From an uncultured Verrucomicrobiota bacterium (GTDB taxonomy: Bacteria; Verrucomicrobiota; Kiritimatiellia; CAIQIC01; Lenti-01), in assembly GCA_937860055.1 (NCBI GenBank), contig CALMBO010000009.1:54414-86413 (forward strand): a DNA stretch of 32,000 nt, given 5' to 3'. Below are positions 8,364 through 17,790 of this stretch, in pieces (the first letter of the stretch is position 1; every line of letters begins with the position of its first letter). The notes under the pieces were generated by a model. That model was not told the DNA's origin and searched no databases. It saw only the letters and a list, made by a program, of their open reading frames with translations. A program made the position numbers and the translations under genes.

Positions 8364-11312
8364 TCAGGCGGCGCGCCCGGAGCTTTTCTTTCCCGGGAGG
8401 CGCACGGCGAGAAGCGCGGCGAGGGCCGCATTCATGAGCCAGAGCGCCGCCATGTCGAAGCCGTAGGTGCGGAACGTTTTTCCCGCGATCCGCTTTTCGC
8501 CGGCCATGAAGGGGGCGCGCCCCCATGCCGATCCGGGCGGCTGGTAGACGGGATCCGAAAGCCGGACGAGCCGGCCGCCCTGGATGCGGAGCGGCGCCAA
8601 CAGGCCCCTGTTGCGGGCCAGTTCGGCGATTCTCCGGTTGGTGTGCGCCTTGACGAAGGCCGACAGCCCGTCCTCGCCGTGTTCGGCGAGCAAGGCGTTG
8701 TGGATGTCGTTGCGGCGGCTCTGGACCGTTTGACGTCCGGCCTGTTCCGCGCGGGACAATTCGCGCAGGCTGGACTTGAGCGCATCCAGCCCGGAACGAT
8801 CCGGCGGGCGGAGACGGGCGGCGGCGAGGGCGGCGCCGGACAGGCGGCCGGATTCACCCTCCAGGGCGCGGAATTCGCGGACGAGCAGCGCGCGGGTTTC
8901 CTCGCGCTGTTCCGGGGTCGCGGAATCCAGGTAGAGCGCGTCGAGGCGTCCGATGATCGCGGGAATCCAATCGTTCACGAGATAGTCGATCCGGGAGAGC
9001 TCCCGGTCGACCTCCTCGAATTGCCGCTGGCAGGCGTTGGATTGGAATTGTTCGACAACCAGCGCCTCGAAGGCCCAGCGGGAGGCCGTGAGCTCGCCGA
9101 TCAGGGGGGGATGGGCGTTCGGAGCGTCTCGGGAGCGGAGATCGTCGTAGGAGACGATGAGCCCGCCCAGCAGCATCTGGGGCAGGAGCAGCAGCGGCAG
9201 CAGGATATAAACGGTGACGGCCGATTTGAACCAGGACGAGACATTGAGGCCCAGGAAGCCGCCGAAGACGGCGGCCGAGAACAGGGCGAACCAGAGCTTG
9301 GCGAAGAAGCCGGGGATCTGCAGGATGCCGGCGCCGATTCCCGCGCACACGCCTGTCTGGAGAAGGGCCAGGAGAACGACATGGAACATCTTGGCTCCGG
9401 AATAGGCGCTCCAGCTCAAATGGAGAAACCGCTCGCGGCGGAGCATGCGGCGGTCGCGCACGATTTCCTCCGCGCTCACGCTCAGGCCCAGGAAGATCGC
9501 CACGATGACGGACATGAAAAAGTAGATGTGGAGGTAGGGGTTGTCGCCGAGGACATAGGAGCCGCCGGGCGCGGCATGGCAGAGCCATGCGGTGAGGAGG
9601 GCGAGCAGCGGCGGTTCCAGCAGGTTCACGAGCCGGTAGGCGCGGTTGGCGAAGCGGGCGCGGAACGTGCGCGAGAAGAACACGGCGAGCTGGCGTGGCC
9701 ATGAGGGACGGTTGAGCTGGCGGGGCGGGAGGCCGGCGGCCTTCGTTTCGGCGGCCGGCGCCGGGGCGCTCTTCCTCCAGGCCTCGTGCCAGAACTCCGG
9801 CGGGAATTTCCGCTCGCGGGAGAAACGGCCATCGGCGTCGATCTCCTTGGATTCGATGATGGAAAAGATCTGTTCGGGGTTGACGTTTCCGCACTCGGGG
9901 CAGACGCTGCGGTCGGAGCCCGCCAGATGGGCGGCTTCGCGGAAGTGGCGGGCGGCTTCCAGGGGATGGCCCATGTAGATGGGGACGCCGCCCCGGTCGA
10001 GGATCCACAGCGCGTCGAAGAGCCGGAACAGGTTGGAGGAGGGCTGGTGGATGATCACGATGACCAGCCGTCCGCGGGCGGCCTGCGCCTTGAGCAGCCC
10101 CATGACGATGTCGGAGTCCGCGGAGGAGAGGCCGGAGGTGGGTTCGTCCACAAAGAGGACGGAGGGTTCGCGGATGAGTTCCAGCGCGATGTTCAGCCGC
10201 TTGCGCTGCCCGCCGCTGATGGTTTTCGCCAGCGGGTCGCCCACCCGGAGATCGGCGATCTCCTCCTGGTGGAGTTCCCGGAGCATTTGGCGGACGCGCT
10301 CGCGGCGTTCCTCGTCCGCCAGTTTGGCGAGGCAAAGGCGGGCGTTGTAGTCCAGGTTTTCCCGGACGGTCAGATCCTCGAAGAGCAGGTCGTCCTGGGG
10401 GACGTATCCGATGACGCCTTCGAGCGCGCCGGGGTTCCGGTACAGGTCGATTCCATTGAGGACGACCCGTCCGGAGCCGGGAGGGAGGCTCCCGTTGAGC
10501 AGGTTGATGAGCGTGGATTTTCCGACGCCGCTGCCGCCCATCACGCCGATGAGGCGTCCTCCCGTTTCGCGGAAGGAAAACCCATGGATGCCCTGTTCAC
10601 CGCCCGGAAAGCGGTACTCGACGTCTTCGGCTTCGAACCGGATCGGGGCGGAAACCGCGGCAAGGTCGAACAGGCGTTCGATTTCACAAAGGTAGGCCGC
10701 CTGTCCGCCGGGGTCGCGGAGGATCGAGCCGGGTTCGAGGGGATGGAACCGGCCGGGCGCGACCGGGTTTTCATCGAGGGAAAGCTCGCCTTGCAGGACG
10801 CGGATGAAGAAGCGCCCCGTCCACGGGCTGTGAAGGGCGGCGATTTCCGCGCGCCAGCCGGCGCGACGGAAGCGCCGGCAGAGAGGGGTGTCGGGCGAGG
10901 CGGGCGTGGCGGCGGCGAATTGCCGCCAGGCCTCCAGTTCGGCTTCGGGCACATGGAAGGCTTCCGCCACGCGGGCCATGAGACGGTCGACCCGTTCGCC
11001 GGAATCCGGGAGCGAATGGCGGATCTGCAGCGCGTGCAGCAGGAACGACTGCTTTTCGCCGGGCGACAGGAGGGTGGCGAGGCGGGCGCAGACCCCGTCG
11101 ATGCCGTGTTCGGGGGCGTCGGAGCCGGCTTGTTCCGCGTAGAGCTCCAGGAGATCGCCGAAAATGCCGAAGCTGGCATCCGTGCGGCGGAGCCCCATCG
11201 TGCCGACGAGGTAATCCTCCACCAGCCGGGCGGCTTCGTCCTTCTTTTCTCCCGCCAGCGCGGAAAAAACGGCGAATACGTGGATGATCCCGTTCAGCGA
11301 ATGTTCATGCAT
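8364..11312 (-). CDS. ABCG-type (NBD-then-ABC-2 TMD) half transporter with ~250-aa N-terminal extension and a ~230-aa loop before the last TM
   Basis: Walker A GGSGVGKST, Q-loop VPQDD, signature ISGGQRKRLNIA, Walker B LFVDEPTSGL and H-loop IIHQPS, followed by hydrophobic helices typical of the ABC-2/ABCG order. A CPECG motif lies between NBD and TMD. The terminal TM is AALWLMNAALAALLAV. Confidence 0.85.
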   Translation of the reverse strand: MHEHSLNGIIHVFAVFSALAGEKKDEAARLVEDYLVGTMGLRRTDASFGIFGDLLELYAEQAGSDAPEHGIDGVCARLATLLSPGEKQSFLLHALQIRHSLPDSGERVDRLMARVAEAFHVPEAELEAWRQFAAATPASPDTPLCRRFRRAGWRAEIAALHSPWTGRFFIRVLQGELSLDENPVAPGRFHPLEPGSILRDPGGQAAYLCEIERLFDLAAVSAPIRFEAEDVEYRFPGGEQGIHGFSFRETGGRLIGVMGGSGVGKSTLINLLNGSLPPGSGRVVLNGIDLYRNPGALEGVIGYVPQDDLLFEDLTVRENLDYNARLCLAKLADEERRERVRQMLRELHQEEIADLRVGDPLAKTISGGQRKRLNIALELIREPSVLFVDEPTSGLSSADSDIVMGLLKAQAARGRLVIVIIHQPSSNLFRLFDALWILDRGGVPIYMGHPLEAARHFREAAHLAGSDRSVCPECGNVNPEQIFSIIESKEIDADGRFSRERKFPPEFWHEAWRKSAPAPAAETKAAGLPPRQLNRPSWPRQLAVFFSRTFRARFANRAYRLVNLLEPPLLALLTAWLCHAAPGGSYVLGDNPYLHIYFFMSVIVAIFLGLSVSAEEIVRDRRMLRRERFLHLSWSAYSGAKMFHVVLLALLQTGVCAGIGAGILQIPGFFAKLWFALFSAAVFGGFLGLNVSSWFKSAVTVYILLPLLLLPQMLLGGLIVSYDDLRSRDAPNAHPPLIGELTASRWAFEALVVEQFQSNACQRQFEEVDRELSRIDYLVNDWIPAIIGRLDALYLDSATPEQREETRALLVREFRALEGESGRLSGAALAAARLRPPDRSGLDALKSSLRELSRAEQAGRQTVQSRRNDIHNALLAEHGEDGLSAFVKAHTNRRIAELARNRGLLAPLRIQGGRLVRLSDPVYQPPGSAWGRAPFMAGEKRIAGKTFRTYGFDMAALWLMNAALAALLAVRLPGKKSSGRAA

Positions 11313-11333
11313 GGAACGGAGCCGCCCCCTGCG

Positions 11334-12155
11334 CTACTGGAGGATTTCCTTGCGGGCCTTGGCGATGGCGGGCCGCAGCTCATCCAGCTGTGCGGCGGAG
11401 ATGGCGGGCTGATCGCCCAGGATGACAAGGATGGAGACCAGCAGGTTGAGGCGGTCGTGCTTCTGGACCGTCATGGCGAACTCGGGGCTGTCGCCCAGGC
11501 GATAGAGGAGCCTCTTGTAGGCCTGGAAGGAGTCCCGCATATAGGCGACATACATCATGGAGGACGGGCTGTAGTTGGAAAGGACGCACAATTCGGAGGT
11601 GAGATGCAGTCCTTCGATCAGGAAGCCATAGAGGCCATCCACCACGAGATCGACGCCTTCGCCGGTCTGCAGCTTGTCCTGCCAGATTTCATCCTTTTCC
11701 TGGTCCTTGGCCAGTTGCCGCAGCCGTTCCTCCCCGCCGGGCTGGTCGATCTGGTCGAGCGCCTCGCGGTAGCGGCGTTCCATGTCGGGTTGCGGATAGC
11801 CCAGCTGTTCCAGCAGCCGGTAGAGGCCCTGGCCATAGCGGGCGGTGGGTTCGCGCTGGTCGAACGTCGATGCATAGGTCAGGTCCATCAGGTACACGCC
11901 CACCATCAGGCGGCGCCTTTCCATGCTTTGGAACCGGTCGACATCGACGGGGGCGACGAGTTCCGGCAGATAGGAGGATCCGCTTTCGCGCAAGGCCGCC
12001 ATCACTTCGCCCATCCGGGGCCCTTCCTTCTGGACGGCCTCGACATCGCCTTGGATCTGCTTCCGGAGTTCGTCGGAGATCTCGAATTCGGAAGCTTCCA
12101 GCGCCGTCGCCATCAACGCCATCCCCAACGCCATGCCGCATGCCTTCATCTTCAC
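11334..12155 (-). CDS. Secreted (Sec signal peptide) helical protein of unknown function
   Basis: High GC at third codon positions on the minus strand. AGGAGG lies 6 nt upstream of the GTG at 12155 (ATG at 12149 is an alternative). The N-terminus (V)KMKACGMALGMALMATALEA-SE looks like a signal peptide. I recognise no family. The stop is 21 nt upstream of the ABC gene start. Confidence 0.6.
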   Translation of the reverse strand: MKMKACGMALGMALMATALEASEFEISDELRKQIQGDVEAVQKEGPRMGEVMAALRESGSSYLPELVAPVDVDRFQSMERRRLMVGVYLMDLTYASTFDQREPTARYGQGLYRLLEQLGYPQPDMERRYREALDQIDQPGGEERLRQLAKDQEKDEIWQDKLQTGEGVDLVVDGLYGFLIEGLHLTSELCVLSNYSPSSMMYVAYMRDSFQAYKRLLYRLGDSPEFAMTVQKHDRLNLLVSILVILGDQPAISAAQLDELRPAIAKARKEILQ

Positions 12156-12383
12156 GTGCCACCTCCTGTTTCCCGTGGACCCGGCGACCGCCGGTCGCCA
12201 ACATGCGGGAGAATGCTGAACCATTCGGGAAGTCGCGTCAACGGTTTTGTGATTTCCCGGCCCGGCGCTTCCGCGACTCCCGGCATAGGCAGGGCGAGGC
12301 GGCCGGCGGATGGGGCCTGGCCGTTTCCTTGCCTTGCCGGGGTCGTTGTGCTACAAGGGCCCCAACCAAGAAAGGCGGGACAC

Positions 12384-12746
12384 ATGGCTTTGACGCTGAA
12401 GGTTGCTGAGAATACGCCGCGCATCTTCGTGGTGTCGCTGGGCGGGTCGCTGGATAGCACCACTTTTCCCGCGCTGGAGAAGAAAATGGACTCCCTGATC
12501 GTCGAAGGCGCGGCCAAGGCCATCACGCTGGACCTGGCCGGGCTGGAGTTCATCAGCAGCATGGGCATCCGGGTCATCTTCAAGGCCAAGAAAGACCTGG
12601 TGCGCACCGGCGGCTCCCTGTTCCTGGCGCGGGTTCCGCCGCCCATCCAGAAGGCCCTGGAAATCATCAATGCGCTTCCGTCCATGCAGATTTTCTCCAG
12701 CATCCAGGAAATGGACGACTATCTGGCCAAGATGCAGAAGCCATAG
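12384..12746 (+). CDS. Second, orphan STAS-domain protein (anti-sigma-factor antagonist family)
   Basis: ITLDLAGLEFISSMGIRVIFKAKKDL has Ser58 at the phospho-site position. ...GGSLFLARVPPPIQKALEIINAL is the STAS C-terminal helix region. Only the last 120 codons of the 986-aa track ORF are credible. Confidence 0.85.
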   Translation: MALTLKVAENTPRIFVVSLGGSLDSTTFPALEKKMDSLIVEGAAKAITLDLAGLEFISSMGIRVIFKAKKDLVRTGGSLFLARVPPPIQKALEIINALPSMQIFSSIQEMDDYLAKMQKP

Positions 12747-12798
12747 GCTGTTTTGCGGCCCAGGCGGAACGCGGGCGGGGTCGGGGGAGCCGTCCGGG

Positions 12799-13728
12799 CT
12801 AGCCATTCCCTGGCGCGCCGTCCGGTCCGGCCGCAAGCCCGATCGTGACGTGGCTGTTGCGGATCTGCGCTTCGATCTGGCGGCGCAGGCTGGCCGCCAC
12901 CGCCTGGATTTCCCCGGCCTTCTTTTCCGGGGCGAATTCCAGGAGGATTTCGATGTAGGCCTCCGGGCCCGATCGCCGCGACCGGATGCCATGGAGGAAC
13001 TCATAGCCGTCGAAATGCCTCGCCAGTTCGCGCAGGATCAGGATCTGGTCCTCCTCCTCGAGCGTCCGGTCGAGCAGTTCGCCGACCGAGGTGGAAAAGA
13101 TGCCCATTGCGGCCATCAGGATGGAGCCGGCGATCACGAGGGACGCGGCCGGGTCGATATAGCGCGCCCACCAGAAGCGCGCCAGGACGATGCTCGCCGC
13201 CAGCGAAAGGAGGATGAAGGCGTTGGCCGCCGCGCGCGTGAAGTGGAGGCGCGCCTGCGCCTCCAGCAGCGGCGAATTCTCCTGTTTCGCCGCGCGCCGG
13301 CATCGCCGGGCCACGACGCCGTTGATCACGACATAGACCAGCTGGGCCGCGATGCTGATCTGGATGCCGATGCCGGCGAGATGGGCGGGGTGCAGGATGT
13401 TGCGGACGGCGTTTCCAGCGATGACCAGCAGGCAGGCCGTCATGAGCACGCCCACGAACAGGCTGGCCAGGTGCTCCATCTTGCCCAGGCCATAGTCGAA
13501 GCCTCCGCCCGACCCGCGAGCCATTCGCCGGATCGCCCACCACGAGAGAAAGACCGCCACGAATTCGAGGAAGGTTTTGCAGAAGTCGGCGAGGATCACT
13601 GCCGAGTTGGCGGCGGCCATGGCGCCGAAGGTGACTAGGGTGTCCGCCAGCGCCATGATCGAAGCCTGGCGGGCGACCTTTTCCCGCGAGAGATTGGGTT
13701 TTCCGGCGGTTTCAGCCGGCGACTGCAC
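12799..13728 (-). CDS. Cation diffusion facilitator (CDF) family metal efflux transporter
   Basis: ALADTLVTFGAMAAANSAVILADF...FDYGLGKMEHLASL... shows the CDF TM1-TM3 signature region, with a C-terminal cytoplasmic domain (HGIRSRRSGPEAYIEILLEF). Confidence 0.85.
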   Translation of the reverse strand: MQSPAETAGKPNLSREKVARQASIMALADTLVTFGAMAAANSAVILADFCKTFLEFVAVFLSWWAIRRMARGSGGGFDYGLGKMEHLASLFVGVLMTACLLVIAGNAVRNILHPAHLAGIGIQISIAAQLVYVVINGVVARRCRRAAKQENSPLLEAQARLHFTRAAANAFILLSLAASIVLARFWWARYIDPAASLVIAGSILMAAMGIFSTSVGELLDRTLEEEDQILILRELARHFDGYEFLHGIRSRRSGPEAYIEILLEFAPEKKAGEIQAVAASLRRQIEAQIRNSHVTIGLAAGPDGAPGNG

Positions 13729-13904
13729 GGGCCGCCCCCTTTCCGGGGGCCGCCGCGGGGCGGCCTGGAAGTCGAATGGCGCAACGTGCTTCTGCGGTCA
13801 TGATGCCGGTTTTCCCATGATGCATGGACGGGGGCAGGATAATCTTCCGCCGTAGGCGCACAAGCCGGAAATGCGCGCCCTGGAATCCGCGCTGCCGGAA
13901 ACAC

Positions 13905-13922
13905 CCGGCCGCCGCCGGCCGG
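13905..13922 (-). terminator. GC-rich hairpin about 40 nt downstream of the Na/Pi cotransporter stop, possible terminator
   Basis: CCGGCCG-ccgc-CGGCCGG (7-bp stem). On the minus strand it is followed by GTGTTTCC, only a weak T-tract. Confidence 0.3.
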
Positions 13923-13962
13923 AAGCATCGGACGGAGCCTTCCTGTCGTATAAGGGGGGGGG

Positions 13963-15759
13963 CTAGAGGTAGTCCTCGGCCTGGAGGCGCGCGAGGTAGT
14001 CCTTGGGATCGACGAGCGTCTGCTGGGCGGGCTCGGGAGCCATGTCCACGTGCTTGCCGAGTTTGGTGCGCTTGATCCAGAACTGGGGCTGCTGCTCGGC
14101 GAGGGCGATGCTCTTGGAGTGCTTCACGATGCGGTCGAGGGCGGAGATGTATTCGCCGAAGAAGATGCCGGCGATCGCGGTGACGGAACGCTGGGCGACC
14201 TTGTCGGTGAACATGGAGCGGGTATTGAGGCTTGCCTGCATGTAGTCGTCGCGCGCGCGCAGGATCTGCTGGGCGATCTCCTGGATGTTGTCCTTGTCCG
14301 CGTCGAGGGAGTCGATGACGAGCTTGAAGATGTGGAGTGCGTTCTCGTAGAGGCGGAAGAGGGTGTCGAAGGATTCCTTGTCCACGATGGCCTCGGGGAC
14401 CTTCTGGCGGCGCAGGGACAGGTCGCAGATGGATTCGATGTGGTCGCCGATGCGTTCAAGGTCGACCATGCAGCGGTCGATGTGCTGCAGCAGGACGGCC
14501 TGGCGCTTGGAGAGGTAGCGTCGGGTGAGGCTGTCGAGGTATTCCTTCATGGCGAGCTTGACGTCGTTGACGACCTGCTCGTTGAGCTTGATGGCCTGGA
14601 TGTCCTGCGGGGTGTGGGCGAAGAGGATGGTCTGGCCGGAAAGCCGCAGGCTCTTGAAGCAGATCTTGGCGACGCGCTGCAGTTCGCGGATGCTGGCGCA
14701 GACGGCCTGTTCGGGGTATTCCAGGAGCTTGTCGTCGAGATAGCTGGGTTCGGGTTCGGGCTTGCGGCTGCGGAAAATGCGGGTGATGAGCCGGGCATAG
14801 GGGACGGAGAAGGGGAGGACGAGGAAGGCCGCGACGACCATGACCGTGGTGTGGAGGTTCGCGGACTGGCGCACCACCAGCTCGGCGAGCTGGGTGGAGG
14901 CCGCATCGGCGGGGATGGGCGTGATCTTCTCCAGGAACCAGACCAGCGGCTCCTTGAGCAGGGAGGCGAGGGTGACGTTGAAGATGTTGAAGATCAGGTG
15001 GGCATAGGCGGAGCGCTTGGCGTTCATGCTGGTGCCGATGCTGCCCAGCAGGGCGGTGGCGCAGGTGCCGATGTGCGCGCCGAAGATGATCGGCATGGTC
15101 TGCTCGACGCTGGTGAGCACGCCGGCTTGCGCCAGCGCGAAAGCCATGCCGATGGTGGCGCCGCTGCTCTGGATGATGGAGGTGAGCAGCGTGGCCATCA
15201 GGATGCCGAGCACCAGGCCCCGGGTCGTTTCGCCGCTGATGGACGCCATGATGGGCTTGAGCAGGTCGCGGTACGGCTGGATGGCGCCGCTCATGAGGTT
15301 CATGCCAAGGAACAGCAGGCCGAAACCCATGATGGACAAGCCGATTTTTTTCACCTTCGGGTTCTTGGCGATCATGCTCAGGATGAAGCCGATGGTGACG
15401 GCGAAGAGCGCGTATTTGCCGAGGCTGAACGAAATCGCCTGCATGGAGACGGTGGTGCCGATGTTGGCGCCGAGGATGACCGGAATGCTCTGGGTCAACG
15501 ACATCAGGCCGGCGTTGATGAAGCCGACGACCATGACGGTGGTGGCGCTGCTGTGGACAAGGGTCGCGATGAGGGTGCCCAGTCCGATGCCCGACAGCTT
15601 GCGGGTGGTCATGACCGAGAGGACGCTGCGGAGTTTCTGGCCGGCGGCTTCGCGCAGGCCGTCCGACATGATGTTCATGCCGAAAATAAACAGCGCCAGG
15701 CCGCCGAGGACCTGGAAGGCCAAGAAGAACAGGGCGCCGGGAGTCATCAGTGGATCCAT
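13963..15759 (-). CDS. Na+/phosphate cotransporter family protein with C-terminal PhoU-like domains
   Basis: LALFIFGMNIMSDGLREAAGQKLRSVL...HSSATTVMVVGFINAGLMSL...ILGANIGTT and its internal repeat (SSGATIGMAFALAQAGVL...IFGAHIGTC) are the NptA/Na_Pi_cotrans duplication. The tail carries PhoU-type helices (DRCMVDLERIGDHIESI). Confidence 0.9.
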   Translation of the reverse strand: MDPLMTPGALFFLAFQVLGGLALFIFGMNIMSDGLREAAGQKLRSVLSVMTTRKLSGIGLGTLIATLVHSSATTVMVVGFINAGLMSLTQSIPVILGANIGTTVSMQAISFSLGKYALFAVTIGFILSMIAKNPKVKKIGLSIMGFGLLFLGMNLMSGAIQPYRDLLKPIMASISGETTRGLVLGILMATLLTSIIQSSGATIGMAFALAQAGVLTSVEQTMPIIFGAHIGTCATALLGSIGTSMNAKRSAYAHLIFNIFNVTLASLLKEPLVWFLEKITPIPADAASTQLAELVVRQSANLHTTVMVVAAFLVLPFSVPYARLITRIFRSRKPEPEPSYLDDKLLEYPEQAVCASIRELQRVAKICFKSLRLSGQTILFAHTPQDIQAIKLNEQVVNDVKLAMKEYLDSLTRRYLSKRQAVLLQHIDRCMVDLERIGDHIESICDLSLRRQKVPEAIVDKESFDTLFRLYENALHIFKLVIDSLDADKDNIQEIAQQILRARDDYMQASLNTRSMFTDKVAQRSVTAIAGIFFGEYISALDRIVKHSKSIALAEQQPQFWIKRTKLGKHVDMAPEPAQQTLVDPKDYLARLQAEDYL

Positions 15760-15909
15760 CTCATTTCTCCTGAATCAAAACCAATATCTTCCGAAACAGT
15801 GGGCCGGGTTGTCAATCTCGAGGGAAGCCGAACGGTAGAAAACCCGGTCCGGAGGGAGGGGGCAGAGGAAGCGCTTTACGTGGGGGGGAGGGCGCCGCCC
15901 GGGGCGCGC

Positions 15910-16608
15910 CTAGGCCGTGTAGACCATCCAGAGGCCGGCGAGGAGGACCAGGACGCCGCAGGTTTTCTTGAGGATCAAGGCGCCCCGCGAGGCCTCGTTC
16001 CAGTCCAGGTAGTGCTGGACGCTTTCGGTGAAGGTGCCGGCAAGGACGATGACGGCGCAGTGGCCGATGCCGTAGGCCAGCAGGAGGAGGATGCCGTAGG
16101 CCATCCGGGAATCGGCCAGCCGGAAGGTGACGGCAAGCATGGGCGCCATGAAGGCAAACGTGCAGGGACCCAGTGCGACGCCGAACACCAGGCCGAGGAG
16201 GAAGGCCGCGAGGCGGCCGCGCTTCTTCATTTTGACCTGTCCCGGACCGGTGAACGGCATCGGGACAATTCCCAGCAGATGCAGGCCGACGAACAGGAAA
16301 ATCGCGGCCACGAAATAATTGCCATAGGCGCCGACGTCGCCCAGCATGCGCCCGGCCGTTGCCGTGACGGCGCCGATGAGTCCGATGGTGACCAAGATGC
16401 CCAGCGCGAACAGCAGTGCGATCTGGAAGGCGCGTTTCGTGGAGATCTGTCCTTGTTCGTCGATGAATCCGACGATGAGCGGGATGCTGGCGAGATGGCA
16501 GGGGCTGAGCAGGATGCTCAAGAGGCCCCAGGCAAACGCGGCGGAGAGTGCGACGGCGGGGCCGCCCTCGATGGCTCGGGTCAGGGCGGTGAAAAGTTGC
16601 TCAAGCAT
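15910..16608 (-). CDS. ccdA: CcdA/DsbD-family transmembrane thiol-disulfide electron transporter
   Basis: There are two membrane-embedded Cys motifs (LLSPCHLASIPL and ALGPCTFAFMAPM) in a ~6-TM, 232-aa protein. The start is 3 nt after the acr3 stop. Confidence 0.8.
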   Translation of the reverse strand: MLEQLFTALTRAIEGGPAVALSAAFAWGLLSILLSPCHLASIPLIVGFIDEQGQISTKRAFQIALLFALGILVTIGLIGAVTATAGRMLGDVGAYGNYFVAAIFLFVGLHLLGIVPMPFTGPGQVKMKKRGRLAAFLLGLVFGVALGPCTFAFMAPMLAVTFRLADSRMAYGILLLLAYGIGHCAVIVLAGTFTESVQHYLDWNEASRGALILKKTCGVLVLLAGLWMVYTA

Positions 16609-16611
16609 CGG

Positions 16612-17790
16612 TCAAGTCTCCGGTTGCGGGAACCATCGCCGGGTGCGGGTGCAGATCTTCACCAGCCCGAGCATGACGGGCACCTCGATCAGGACGCCCA
16701 CCACGGTGGCCAAGGCGGCCCCCGAGCTGAGGCCGAAGAGCATCGTGGCCGTGGCGATGGCGACTTCGAAATGGTTGGAGGCACCGATCATCGCGGCGGG
16801 CGCGGCGTCGGCATAGGAAAGCTTCAGGACGCGGGCGGCGGCGTAGCTGAGCCAGAAGATCAGGAGGGTCTGGAGGAACAGCGGGATCGCGATCCAGAGG
16901 ATCGTCAGGGGGTTGGCCAGGATGACCTCGCCCTTGAAGCTGAAGAGGAGGACGAGGGTGGTCAGCAGGGCGATGATCGTGACGGGGGTGAGGACATGCA
17001 GGAACTTTTCCCTGAACCAGGCCTCGCCCTTCGCCGCGAGGATCCACTTGCGCGAATAATAGCCGGCGACGAGCGGCAGGGCCACGTAGATGGCGATGGA
17101 AAGCAGCAGGGCCTGCCACGGGACGGGGAGGCGGCCGACGCCCAGCAGGAATCCGCCGAGCGGGCCGTAGAGCAGGAGCATCGTCAGGGAGTTGATGGCC
17201 ACCATCACGAGGGTGAGGCCGTCGTTGCCGCGCGCGAGATAGCCCCAGACCAGCACCATGGCCGTGCAGGGGGCGATGCCCAGCAGGATGCACCCGGCCA
17301 GATAGCTGCGCCACAGGGGCACCTGAAGCATTTTGACGCCTTCGGCCAGCACCACCGTGCCCGCGCCGTGCTCCGCGCCCACGGGCAGGTCGAGACCGAA
17401 GGGCATCTTGACGAGATCGACCGCATCCGTTCCGATGAACGTCCGGAAAACGAATCCAAGGAAGAAATACGCGATGGCGTACATCGTGAACGGCTTGATG
17501 GCCCAGTTGATGAACAGCGTCAGCCACACGGGCTTGCCGCTCTTGCCCGCCTGGATCACCGAGGCGAAATCGATCTTCACCATGATGGGATACATCATGA
17601 AGAACAGGCAGACGGCGATGGGGATGGAGACCACCGGCGCGCCGTTGACGAAGATGGCCATGCCATCGAGGGTCTTGGCGAAATCCGGCGCGAGCTTGCC
17701 GAGGAGAATGCCGCCGGCGATGCACAGCGCAACCCAAAGGGTCAGGTAGCGTTCGAAGGGGTTGGTCAGCTTGCGATTTTCTCCGTTCAT
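16612..17790 (-). CDS. acr3: ACR3-family arsenite efflux transporter
   Basis: [22 protein letters not shown]...[15 protein letters not shown]...WAIKPFTMY is the characteristic ACR3 N-terminal region. The ATG at 17790 overlaps the arsM TGA (ATGA). Confidence 0.9.
   Translation of the reverse strand: MNGENRKLTNPFERYLTLWVALCIAGGILLGKLAPDFAKTLDGMAIFVNGAPVVSIPIAVCLFFMMYPIMVKIDFASVIQAGKSGKPVWLTLFINWAIKPFTMYAIAYFFLGFVFRTFIGTDAVDLVKMPFGLDLPVGAEHGAGTVVLAEGVKMLQVPLWRSYLAGCILLGIAPCTAMVLVWGYLARGNDGLTLVMVAINSLTMLLLYGPLGGFLLGVGRLPVPWQALLLSIAIYVALPLVAGYYSRKWILAAKGEAWFREKFLHVLTPVTIIALLTTLVLLFSFKGEVILANPLTILWIAIPLFLQTLLIFWLSYAAARVLKLSYADAAPAAMIGASNHFEVAIATATMLFGLSSGAALATVVGVLIEVPVMLGLVKICTRTRRWFPQPET

Noticed and set aside
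8355-8366. Convergent budA and ABC genes with only 6 bp between their stop codons, which might imply transcriptional interference or an antisense overlap mechanism.
   Set aside because: Tight convergent spacing is common in compact genomes. No hairpin or other signal is visible in or around the gap, so nothing supports more than the observation itself.
10547-11312. Temptation to call the N-terminal ~250 aa of the ABC protein a TerB-like or FHA-like regulatory domain.
   Set aside because: I cannot point to diagnostic residues. No FHA G-R...S-x-x-H...N-G pattern is visible, and the helical N-terminus is only vaguely TerB-like. I left it as unassigned pending a profile search.
9786-12746. 986-aa plus-strand ORF. 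Likewise the 665-aa ORF at 21262-23259(-), the 729-aa ORF at 4623-6812(+) and the 801-aa ORF at 27682-30087(+).
   Set aside because: Only the 3' portions are real genes: STAS2 from 12384, arsR up to 21570, PP2C from 5202 and srkA from 29107. The upstream extensions run through other well-supported genes or the intergenic repeat array and translate to low-complexity sequence.
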